A DNA stretch of 64,000 nt, taken from the NCBI GenBank assembly GCA_002811645.1, contig PDIP01000122.1, positions 183,962-247,961 on the forward strand. Reading direction: 5' to 3'. Of the stretch, positions 19,036-28,844 are shown piece after piece. Source of the DNA: Corallochytrium limacisporum Hawaii. Its lineage: Eukaryota; Protista; Pluriformea. A program made the translations under genes and the position numbers. Position 1 is the stretch's first letter, and each line of letters begins with the position of its first letter. The notes beneath the pieces were generated by a model, which had not been told where the DNA came from, ran no database searches, and worked only from the letters and a program-made list of their open reading frames with translations.

Positions 19036-22000
19036 CTCTACTGAACTATGGCTGATCCCCCCCCCCCGGGGCATCTTCTTCTCGCCGCACTAGTTTCTGC
19101 CACCGCCTCCGCAAACAAAACCTTAAAAAGAAAAATTGGAAACTGCCAAACCTCTGGGGCCACGACACAAAACAGACGTCTGCGGGTCTGTGGCTCTGGT
19201 AGGGGTTCTCCTTTTGGGTTTTTTGAAGCACACCACCAACTCTGGGCACATCCTGCATTGGTCCTTGTGTCCTGGTCCCATGGAGTGAACAGGGATGTTT
19301 CGGTTCCTACTTCCGCCCATCGAGTCGCCTCCTACTCCTAATCCAGTACATCCTCTGTGACGAAAACGACGTCTGTTTGCGGTACCACTCCCCTCGAAGA
19401 ACTGGTCGTCAAGAAATGACAACGGGCACGGAGCGCGACCATCGAAGTCAGCCAGTGGACCAACCCGTCCCTAACCTCCCGTTTCGCCGTACCTTTGTTC
19501 CCCCGTGGTGGTCTTCTTCACTTTCTCTCCCGACGGAACAGAAGGGAATCGCCGGGCACCCGTCTGCGAAGGAAAAAAAATTGGTTGGGCTGTGTGCGCG
19601 CGTGTGTGGTTGTGTCTGCCCTCTCTCTTTTTTTTTTCTTTGCTCCTGCAGAAGGCGTGAAGAAATTGGGCGTCGAAGCTGGTGGAAGGGTTGGGGGAGG
19701 TCCCATGCGAGCTTTAAGTCCGCAAACCAAAAGAGAAAGAGGAGCTCGGCAACGTTGGCGGACTAAAAAAAGTAAGTCAATTCAGAAACCGCTTTTCCTT
19801 AAATTAATAGTGAAGAAAGAAAGGTTGGGTTTTCGGGGTCTCCGATGGCGCGCGATTCAACGCCCACCCAAAAACACCCACCGCTGGTCTGCGTGCCTCA
19901 TCCTGTTTCCACTTCTTGGCGACAAGCTCCGTGATACTGAGAGGTTTCACCACAGAAAGAACGACCACTGCTAGGATGCACGATGACGGATTTCCATATT
20001 TAAACAGTGCTAGGTTTGGCACCCTTACTGGTTTCAAAGTAATCGCCTGGGATCCTATGGACGATTAAATGGAAAGGTACCGCCGGACAACACAATTGAT
20101 TTACATAAGTTGGCATCACGAAAGAAGTGACTATACATTGCTTATAGAAACCCCTCTGGTTTTGGCACCGGACAGGACAAAATGGTTGGGTCATCCGCAG
20201 GCTTGTCACTTCGGAAAAGTCAGAGGCGGGGCAACCTGGATCATGATGGTGATCGTTGATGGTTATCCCATCAACGGGCAGTTTACGGCGCTCTCGTATT
20301 TACTACCGTACTGAGTCCTACATCTCTACAAAGAGCCACAGTTCAGGCATACATTCCATGCCCCACGACATACCCCCCTAAAAAACCACCTGTCATTCAA
20401 TAGCACCACACTTCGACACCTACGTCTGTCCCGCCTTCTTCCCAAGTATTCTCCATCCGTTTGTCGTCTGTAGCACAACTATGCAAGTTGCAGCCTGTTG
20501 AAATTCCTGAACATCCGGAGGCATCATCATCACATCGACGTTTCTACCAGATCAGCGTCATTCACAGCCGACAAGATACAATGTCAGGAAGACGTGCAGC
20601 TGGTGGACCATCACCAACACTGTGCAATGATGTTCGGCGAATTGGTCCGCATCGGCAGGGAACGATTGTGTTCTGAAACAGAGGTCTCGATGAAACCTTA
20701 CGGGTGTGGGATACGATACCCTCTATGTTCCCTCGTTGTTATCGCGGCCCTTGCATTTACCTATCAAACCAGAGGAATGTCACAACACGCTCCAAACGAA
20801 GTGACTTGACCATTCTTTCAAAAATCTTGTGGCCTTCGGGCTAATCAGTCGCAGCTCAAAGTTAAAACCGGACAATGAATTGTCCTTTGCCAGAAACAGA
20901 AACTCACGGCATGTACACAGAAGAGTCCGGCAACGACTGATAACGCATATCAGCGAAAGTTCATAGACCAACTATTAAGGCGACCGCTAGAGATAGAAAG
21001 TCGGAGAAGATTAACAGAAGACATCAACGGGACGATCACGGAGACAGAGCAAAACAGCAGGACACGAAATTTAATGGCCGGGTCATACGCTGGGTTTTCT
21101 ATTGCCTTTCTCAGTTATTCCCTCTCCATTTCGACTAATCCCCTCTCGGTGAGGTCCCCCCCCACCTTCCTTTTTCTCCTTTTTTCAAACCCACCTCATC
21201 CGGCTCCCTCTAGCTTCGTTTCTGATGCTAGCTCCAAAAATATTGATTAAATCTTCATCTCACCCTAGAGATCGCAAATTGTAATATTATAATATACGGA
21301 ATATTATAAATATAAATAGACTCCCCACAGGACTAGTGAATGTCCCAGAGAGGGGGAGTGATGGGGCACCGAAACCCCTCCATTCCGCTGGGAAATATCT
21401 GTCTCCTACTGCCTGCGACTGACGCCCTCCGCTGCCGAAGCCGTTGTTCGTCCCTGGGTTGGTACTAAATGTTAGATCATTGAGTCTCTGCCTTGGTCTG
21501 AGAAAGCTTTCTTTCCCTTTTTTGTTTTCAACTTGGCCTGGCTCGGATGCTGCGCCTGTGTCGATCCTGGAGTCCAGTAGGAGGCCACGAAACTGGCCAG
21601 AGAGGTAGTCCCTTTCTTATCTTTCGTACATTCAGTACTGCAGTAGGCTATCTCGTCGCACCGCACAGCCTCACAGAGGGGGGGGGGAGGAGAGGAACGA
21701 TAAAAGCGGCCCTGGGATTTTGGGTTTTGGAGAGAGCCGGGGCGAGTCTCCGGTGAGAACCCGGCGTGAAATTGGAACGTAGGCCTACGAATGTGAAAGC
21801 CCCACGGGAAGGAAATAGAGGAGGTTTTGTGGGGGGAGGGGTGGACCCGGAAGCCTAGAGAACGAAGAGAGCGGGGCGAGCGACGGACGGGCGAGAGGCG
21901 AGTCGTGGCCCTAAGCTCGGCTGGTGTGACGTGTCAGGAAGCTGGAAGCACAGCGCAGTCAGCGGTTACCAAGGTGTTTATACAAGCTGATCATGTATTT

Positions 22001-22175
22001 ATAGTAATGATGACAAGAATGCATGCCGAGAGATTGAAAATGAAACAGCATTCTTCAGATTCAGTGCAACTTATGGCAGGAAATGATCTGCTGACAAAAG
22101 TTATGTAGACGAAGACTAAAGGGCAGTCATCGGAAAAAATTAGAAAATAAGCATTCAATCACCAAAGAATAAAAC

Positions 22176-22874
22176 ATGTCGGCACCGAAAGCCTCGCATG
22201 CCCGCCTGCGTAAAGAATATGCGCGACTGAAAAAATCTCCCATACCCTACATCACTGCGGAACCTCTGGCCAGCAATATTTTGGAATGGCGGTACTGTCT
22301 GCGTGGCCCGCAGGACTCTCCATTCGAAGGCGGATATTACCATGGTAAAATTGTGTTTCCGTCACAGTACCCTTTGAAGCCTCCGTCGGTATATATTTTG
22401 ACACCCAACGGCCGATTCAAGACTGGCACGCGCCTCTGCCTGAGTAACACAGACTTCCATGCCGAGTCATGGAGCCCTGCGTGGGATGTCGGGTCTATCC
22501 TTAATGGGCTGTTATCATTTATGTTGGAAAATCAGGCCACCACAGGATCGATAGAGAGTTCCAAATCGCAGAAAATGAAGCTGGCCATTGAAAGTCACGC
22601 CCACTGCCTCAAGGACCCCCTGTTCCGGGATCTGTTTCCGGACGTCATCGAGGAGATTAAGGAAAAGTACAAGTGTGACATTGACACGGCAACCAATTCC
22701 ATCAAGTACGATGATGATGCTTTGAACCCTGTCAATTCGATTAAGAAAATCGGGGCTGCAACCAGGTTGGGCAGTACATCGGCAAAGAGCGAAATTTTTG
22801 GGTCAGCAATTGTTGTTTTGCTTGTGGGAATTTTTGGCTTCATAGTCCACTCGATGGTCATCGCAGAGCTCTAG
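22176..22874 (+). CDS. UBC6: Tail-anchored ubiquitin-conjugating enzyme E2 J2 (Ubc6)
   Basis: RLRKEY..PIPYI, NILEWRY, GGYYHGKIVFPSQYPLKPP, TPNGRF..RLCLS(C active site)..DFH..WSPAW, TTGSI, and a C-terminal hydrophobic anchor. Confidence 0.96.
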   Translation: MSAPKASHARLRKEYARLKKSPIPYITAEPLASNILEWRYCLRGPQDSPFEGGYYHGKIVFPSQYPLKPPSVYILTPNGRFKTGTRLCLSNTDFHAESWSPAWDVGSILNGLLSFMLENQATTGSIESSKSQKMKLAIESHAHCLKDPLFRDLFPDVIEEIKEKYKCDIDTATNSIKYDDDALNPVNSIKKIGAATRLGSTSAKSEIFGSAIVVLLVGIFGFIVHSMVIAEL

Positions 22875-22962
22875 CGTTCTCATCTGGAACACTGCTATAA
22901 CCGACACAAAATCTTGCATGTGGACATGGTCCTCGCAACCTACAAATATTCAAGAACTCCCG

Positions 22963-23001
22963 TCATCATCATCACCATGATCATCATCATCATCATCATC
23001 A
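22963..23001. repeat. Interrupted (TCA)n microsatellite between convergent 3' ends
   Basis: tcatcatcatcaccatgatcatcatcatcatcatcatca, followed by an AATAAA at about 23005-23010. Confidence 0.85.
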
Positions 23002-23078
23002 AAAAATAAACGTTCACATTGTTGATTCTACATGCACTATGATATCTAACAACACTTCGATGGAATGCCTGTGTACCA

Positions 23079-25046
23079 TTAAGCTGGTTCGACAAAGTTG
23101 GCTGGAAAGATGCCAGAAACACCCGTGGAGGTCATGGTGCCCCGCATCCAGTCCGAATCGATAGACTCGTCAATGTTAATGTAGTCGCCAGCGAGGAAGG
23201 ACAGTTCGTCTGCGCTCTGTCCCGTGAAGTCATACAGGGCGTGGGCACGGAACACGTACTCGACAAAGTTGGCCGGGAACATGCCCTCACGGCCAGCAAC
23301 CATACCAGACAGCCAGTCTTTGTCTACGTTCGTAACCTTGTGAATCATATCACCGGCCTTGAAGGTCAGGTCTCCGCTCTCGCCCGAATTGTAGTCGTAC
23401 ACAGCAAGACAGCAGCCAGCAGGTGACGCGGAAGCATCCGCTTTGAAGTTGGAAGCATTCACCACTGGTTCATCGGCTGCAGCCGGTGCCGGTGCACCGG
23501 GCTCCTTCTGGACCAACACAAAGTTCGCTGGGAACATACCCTGCTGTCCGCGGCTGTTCTCACCCTCCAGCCAGTCGGCATCAATGCGGGCCGTGAGCTT
23601 GATGACTTCACCAACGACCAAAGGTAGATCTCCCGGCTGATCGCCTCGAAAGTCATGCTCAACCAGTGCCCGGGCGGCATCACTGCGCACCAATTTGTCA
23701 GCAAACGGATCACCCCCACTGTTGCTCGACGGTGCGGGAGCTCGGTAGCCTCCCCCAGCGGCCGCAGCAGCGGCAGCAGCGACACCGGCGGAAGCAGCGG
23801 CAGCGGCGGCAGCAGGAGCAGGTGAAGGAGTACTCGAAACAGCCCCAATATCCTCGATCACGTGTACAAAGTTTGAAGGGAACATGCCCTCCCGCCCTGT
23901 GCGCAAGTTACGGCCTCTGTACCAGTCCGCATCGAGCTTCTCTAGCAATGTGACACCGTCGTCCTTGCGTAGTCCCAGGTCATCGGCCTCAACGGCTTCA
24001 AAATCAAAGTCTGCAATGGCCCGCGGTCCCCTTTGGGAGTAGATGGAAAGTAAACCACCGCTCGGGGGTGGTGGCACGCTGGGCATGCCCGGTTTCGGGG
24101 GGGCATGGTGCCCACTCGACCGCAAGGGAGGCGGTGGTCCCGGATGGGCCGCTGTGGGAGCGGCGTGGTGGCCTACAGGCGGAGGCGGACCAACTGGAGG
24201 TCGTCCACCGCTTCCGAACATACCACTGCCGTGGGGGTCACTTTGTAGAGCCTTAATGCGATCGGAAATCTTCGCGCTCGAGCCTGTGTCGACTGCTGTT
24301 GATGGAGGTTCCTGAGCCACTCGGGATGGTTTGACACCGCCCACCGATGGCTTGCGGACCACAGACGGCGGTGGTGGCCCACTGGACGCGGACGCTGGCG
24401 GTGCTCCTCCGAATGTGGACGTTGGTGGTGGTCCCCCGAATGTGGACGTTGGCGCCCCTACGCCTGGTGAAGCGGGCTTGGCATTTACTGGCGGAGTCGG
24501 CGGGAAGACTGGCGTCGGCCTCGAACCAGATCCACGCGGTGACGCATTCTCTCTGGGACTCGGTGCGTTGCCCTCCGGATTCAGTCCCTGCTGCTGCAGT
24601 GCTGCCAACTTTTCTGCAATACCGCCCTTTTTTGGCTTTGAGGCTTCTGTGTCAGGTGCTGGTGCGCCCGAACCAGCAGGAGCAGTTGCCGACGATGGCT
24701 TGACTGGGACCGGTGCTGTCCTCGGCTTCGGTTTGGCTGGTGCGACGGCCGGTGTGACCGGAGCTGGAGCCGGAGCTGGTTTCGATGCTGAATGTCTTGC
24801 CACCGTGCGCGGTGAGGGACGGCTTGGCACACTATCCCCTCCGGAAGCTCCACTGTTCGCCCGTTCTCGAATGATACGCATGCGTTCTTTGATCGGCAGG
24901 CTCGTCAAGTCTTCCTCTTCTGGCTCGGGTTGGGGGGCTGGCTTTGCGCGTGGTTTCGGCTTTGAGGGTGGGATGGGAGGCGTTCCCTTCTGCTCCTGCT
25001 CCCGAAAAAGCCTGGCCTTCTCTTTGAAATCTTCGCTGGCCGACAT
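23079..25046 (-). CDS. Proline-rich adaptor with four C-terminal SH3 domains (SH3D19-like)
   Basis: 655 aa. Pro/Ala-rich N-terminal half, then four SH3 domains, each with an ALYDF-like start, DW, and G.FP.NFV. Confidence 0.9.
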   Translation of the reverse strand: MSASEDFKEKARLFREQEQKGTPPIPPSKPKPRAKPAPQPEPEEEDLTSLPIKERMRIIRERANSGASGGDSVPSRPSPRTVARHSASKPAPAPAPVTPAVAPAKPKPRTAPVPVKPSSATAPAGSGAPAPDTEASKPKKGGIAEKLAALQQQGLNPEGNAPSPRENASPRGSGSRPTPVFPPTPPVNAKPASPGVGAPTSTFGGPPPTSTFGGAPPASASSGPPPPSVVRKPSVGGVKPSRVAQEPPSTAVDTGSSAKISDRIKALQSDPHGSGMFGSGGRPPVGPPPPVGHHAAPTAAHPGPPPPLRSSGHHAPPKPGMPSVPPPPSGGLLSIYSQRGPRAIADFDFEAVEADDLGLRKDDGVTLLEKLDADWYRGRNLRTGREGMFPSNFVHVIEDIGAVSSTPSPAPAAAAAAASAGVAAAAAAAAGGGYRAPAPSSNSGGDPFADKLVRSDAARALVEHDFRGDQPGDLPLVVGEVIKLTARIDADWLEGENSRGQQGMFPANFVLVQKEPGAPAPAAADEPVVNASNFKADASASPAGCCLAVYDYNSGESGDLTFKAGDMIHKVTNVDKDWLSGMVAGREGMFPANFVEYVFRAHALYDFTGQSADELSFLAGDYINIDESIDSDWMRGTMTSTGVSGIFPANFVEPA

Positions 25047-25568
25047 CGTTGTCTCCGTTGAGGTCTGTATATGTTTGTGGACTTGCTTATGTGTCTGTAT
25101 CTGTACCTATGGATCTAGTTTCAAATGTTCCCGGTTGTTGTATTGTACAATCTTAAAGAAGCCATGTTAGGGCCGGAGTGTAATGTCTCGCCCTCAGACT
25201 ATACCGGCAAATGCCTCACTGTTTAGTTGGCCAGATCTTCCGGCTTCACGTACCTTATCCGTAGTACTGACGACACAGGAATACAACACCACCGCCACCA
25301 GCACACCAGCACGACAAGCGCGCAAATTCAACGTCAAGCCACGTCCCTTCACAACAGTAAACACTTGTTATGGCAAGGCCAACCCGTCGTCACTGACGGA
25401 ACCGCAGCACCTACTTTGTCTTTCTGGCATCCAGCAATTTACAAGACAAGCAAAGCGCACAATTAGTGACGGGAAAACCTGGGTTTTCAAGGGAAAAATG
25501 AGGGACACAGGTACACACACACCACCAACCAACATTCCCGTCCACCGCCTCACCCACATCAAAATCTC

Positions 25569-25864
25569 GTGTGTGTGTGTGTGTCTGGGTGTAATGGCCC
25601 GTCTCGACCAATAGTAATGAGGGGAGCGGTGGTGGTGGGAGGAGGCCAACAACCGGAAGGACAAAAGGGCCAGAGGCCCCCCCCCCGGGGGATTTGCCAG
25701 CCCAGAAGCCCAAAGGCCTGCGAGCGGCCCGTGGTGGAGTCCTAAAGGGAGTACCGGGGATAGAGAATCACAAGGCCAAGCAAAAAAAAAAAGGAAAAGA
25801 AAAAGGGAAAACTTCGGGCGAGAACCAATGGCAAACCCGGGCCGAACACACACACACACACACA
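25569..25864. repeat. Inverted pair of dinucleotide microsatellites, (GT)8 and (AC)9
   Basis: (GT)8 at 25569-25584 and (AC)9A at 25846-25864. Confidence 0.85.
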
Positions 25865-26812
25865 GAGCCCCACACCCCTCTCCCGCGTTCTGAAACCGCC
25901 GGATCATCACCACCCCAAATGCGGCAGGTATACTGAATGTACTGAAACTTAAACACCGGAAGTCCCCCCCCCCCCCCTCGCGGGGGCCCCGATCGGCTTC
26001 TCCCTTCCCCAGTGTCCCCCGAGGGTGTCGTGTGTTATGCCGTGTGGCGGCCCCCTTTGCCTTTTGGCTTTGTCCGTAGAGGAGAGGGAGGCCCCCGGGG
26101 GGGGGGGGCGTTGGGGTTCTGTGTTTTCTTCTCGCTTTAGACTTTTGCCTTTTATCTCTTTTTCTTTTTTGAATTTTCCCTCCATTTTTTTCCCCTTGAT
26201 TTCCTATTTTTTTTTTCTTGGGACATCTTCGGTGTATATTTTCATTATATATTTTTGCTACTTTGACGGTGCCGTGGCAGGCGATCCCGAGAGACGAAGT
26301 GATTTGACGAGGAGAGCTTTATAGCCTCCTTAATTAGCCTCCCCCCTCCCTTACCCCAACCAACTTTTCCCATTTTTCCTGTTCTTTCGTCGTGCTTTTC
26401 GTTGTTACACAGCAAACTCAGTAAATTCACTATAGAACGTTTGGGGAATTGGAACTTGAGAAATAAAAAAGGGAACGGCAGAGCAGGGCGCACCCGTTTT
26501 CGAACACTTGGGCCCGGGAGGCTGGTGGGTGCCTGACTGCAGATTGGGAAGGATGAATCACTTAATCTAGGGCGAAAGGGGTAAGAAAATATCTTCACCT
26601 ACACTTTGATTTCGGTAGATCGGATTACTGCGAAAGAGGCTTCCATCGATAAATATGTTAAGGCCTGCTTGATTCGGTACTTGATTCTAACGAGCTTTGC
26701 CGCAACGGGGGGGCGGGGGTCCCGAGAGAGCGAGCCGAGCCAAAAGGTGAGAGAGCAAACAGGGGGAGTCGGGGCGCTAATGATCTGGATGGGCAGTGGC
26801 AAGTACGTGACC

Positions 26813-26962
26813 ATGAACCGCGAGGAGCTCTACGACTGCTTTGGTGAAGATCGCCAGGTCGCGATGCATAAGGCTCGCACCAGCGGAGCGCCTGGCATGA
26901 CATACGTAGCTGAGAAGGAGATTGACATTAAAGATGCTCAATGCATGGTGGATGACTTTTAA
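26813..26962 (+). CDS. Putative small protein (49 aa; 60 aa if started at 26780) or gene fragment
   Basis: MNREELYDCFGEDRQVAMHKARTSGAPGMTYVAEKEIDIKDAQCMVDDF. A at -3, codon choice resembles neighbouring genes, and a C/G dyad lies about 0.7 kb upstream. No family recognised. Confidence 0.3.
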   Translation: MNREELYDCFGEDRQVAMHKARTSGAPGMTYVAEKEIDIKDAQCMVDDF

Positions 26963-27797
26963 ACGCCGAAATACTAAGGGTAAAGAAAACACAGTATATG
27001 AATAAAGAAGATGCCTGTGCCATGGTGGCCTTGCTTTTCTTTGTTTTTGATATTATCGGTTTGAACTTATCTGTCAGTGTCACCATGTCACTCCTTGCTT
27101 ATGCGAGTCTCCTGATACCAGCCGAGCCGTGCGTACGGATCCAAGCCAACACGGGTGCCCGTGGAGTGCGCACACCAGAACTCAACCTCCCCCCGGGGGG
27201 GGGACCCTTGAATCGCCATGGAGAGGCAGCGATGGAAATGACTGATCTCCTCATATTTTGAATTCAGTGCCGGCAGCCACTTGAGCCGATTTCCCTCACT
27301 TTCGGTTTATTTTTGGGGCGGGCTTCCGCATTGAGCACACCGGCCCCGTGGTAAAGGGCAAGGCGTGCCACTCGTGAGTGCGAGATCTGAGGGAACTAGA
27401 GTGAGACACAGTTGCCCTATGCCCGTGTTTTCCTACTTCCCTTGTTATGTGCGGTGTGTCGCAGGAAGAAGTGTGCAGAAAATTTCGAACTTCGCTTTGT
27501 TATGGGTGTGTGATTTGTCATTGTGAGACATGCTTGCGAACGCTTCAGTACAGAAACACTGCACAATAAGCACTCCTCCACTGGGTCCGATGTAACATTG
27601 CGTGATATTCAGATGATGGGTTGCGCAAAGTGCTGGTGCCTGAAGTACGTCTTGTTTCGGGTACAATCAATGCGGCCAAGCCGGGGTATTTGAAAGCGCA
27701 TTAGAGATCAGATCACAAATTCTGCGGACGCAAAATTCTTCCAGTAAGTGCTAGCATAGACTTACACACTGTGATTCACACAAACGGGAAGAGAATC

Positions 27798-28769
27798 ATG
27801 TTCTCCGCGCTCTCTAAACAGATCCTGACCGCAGTGGGAGCGGAGCACCAGGACACTTTTGTCGTGCTTGGTGCTGCCGCCCTGACTGGTCTGGTCGCAT
27901 ATTATGGTTTGAAGGTCCTGGGTTTCGTGTGGACCTGGTACCTGCGCCCCGGCAAGGATCTCCGCAAGTATGGCGGATACGCCTTGGTCACTGGCGCTAC
28001 CGATGGCATTGGTCTCGCCTACGCTAACGAATTCGCACGCATGGGCTACAATCTGGTCCTGGTCAGCCGTACCCAGAGTAAGCTGGACGCATGCCAGAAG
28101 GACATTGAAAGCAAGCACGGCGTCAAGGTCGAGACTGTTGCCTTCGACTTCTCGGACACTTCTCTCGATTACAACAAGGACCTGGGTGACAAGGTCAAGG
28201 GCCTCGACATTGGTGTGCTTGTAAACAACGTTGGCATGTCACACAGCTACCCGGAGTACGTCAAGGACATCTCCGCCGAGGAGCACGAACGCATGGTGCG
28301 CGTCAACGTCGACTCTGCTGTGCTAACCACTCATGTATTCCTGCCGAGAATGATTGAGCGCAAGAAAGGACTGATCTTGAACCTCAGCTCTTACTCTGCT
28401 AACCAACCGACGCCGTTCCTGTCCACCTACGCCGCCAGCAAGACCTTCCTCGACTTCTGGAGCAGAGCTCTCAGCGTCGAATGCGAAGGTACCGGCGTCG
28501 AAGTCCAGAGTGTTCTGCCCGCTTTTGTGGCCACCAAACTGTCCAAGATGCGCCCGTCCTTGCTTTCGCCCAAGCCTGAGGTCTATGTGCGTACTCAGCT
28601 CGCCACCGTGGGCTACGAGAACCGTACCTTTGGATACCCCCTGCATGCCATTCAGGCATGGGTCAGCGACAGTTTGCCCGGTGCCCAGACGGTCCTCGTG
28701 AACCAGGTCAAGGCTCTGCGTGCCAAGGCTCTAAAGCGCAAGGCTGAGAAGGCTGCCAAGTCGAAGTGA
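27798..28769 (+). CDS. HSD17B12: Very-long-chain 3-oxoacyl-CoA reductase (HSD17B12/IFA38/KAR family SDR)
   Basis: N-terminal TM, ALVTGATDGIG, LVSRTQSKL, DIGVLVNNVG, YAASK catalytic motif, VATKLSK, lysine-rich ER-retention tail. First ATG is 27798. Confidence 0.95.
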   Translation: MFSALSKQILTAVGAEHQDTFVVLGAAALTGLVAYYGLKVLGFVWTWYLRPGKDLRKYGGYALVTGATDGIGLAYANEFARMGYNLVLVSRTQSKLDACQKDIESKHGVKVETVAFDFSDTSLDYNKDLGDKVKGLDIGVLVNNVGMSHSYPEYVKDISAEEHERMVRVNVDSAVLTTHVFLPRMIERKKGLILNLSSYSANQPTPFLSTYAASKTFLDFWSRALSVECEGTGVEVQSVLPAFVATKLSKMRPSLLSPKPEVYVRTQLATVGYENRTFGYPLHAIQAWVSDSLPGAQTVLVNQVKALRAKALKRKAEKAAKSK

Positions 28770-28844
28770 AGGTAAGCGGTTATGTACATTCTCGGATCAG
28801 GTTTATCTCGAATATATAGTCTTCTACATTCTTCTTTTAGTCAT

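Noticed and set aside
20254-20276. Perfect 9-bp hairpin CGTTGATGG-ttatc-CCATCAACG
   Set aside because: About one such stem is expected by chance in 64 kb, and there is no supporting context.
22007-22094. Box C (ATGATGA) ... box D (CTGA) snoRNA-like spacing
   Set aside because: No terminal stem and no recognisable rRNA-complementary guide; lies in the likely UBC6 leader.
24331-25170. 279-aa + strand ORF antisense to the SH3 gene
   Set aside because: Gly/Ala-rich shadow of the Pro/Ala-rich GC-rich sense codons; non-ATG start and no domain.
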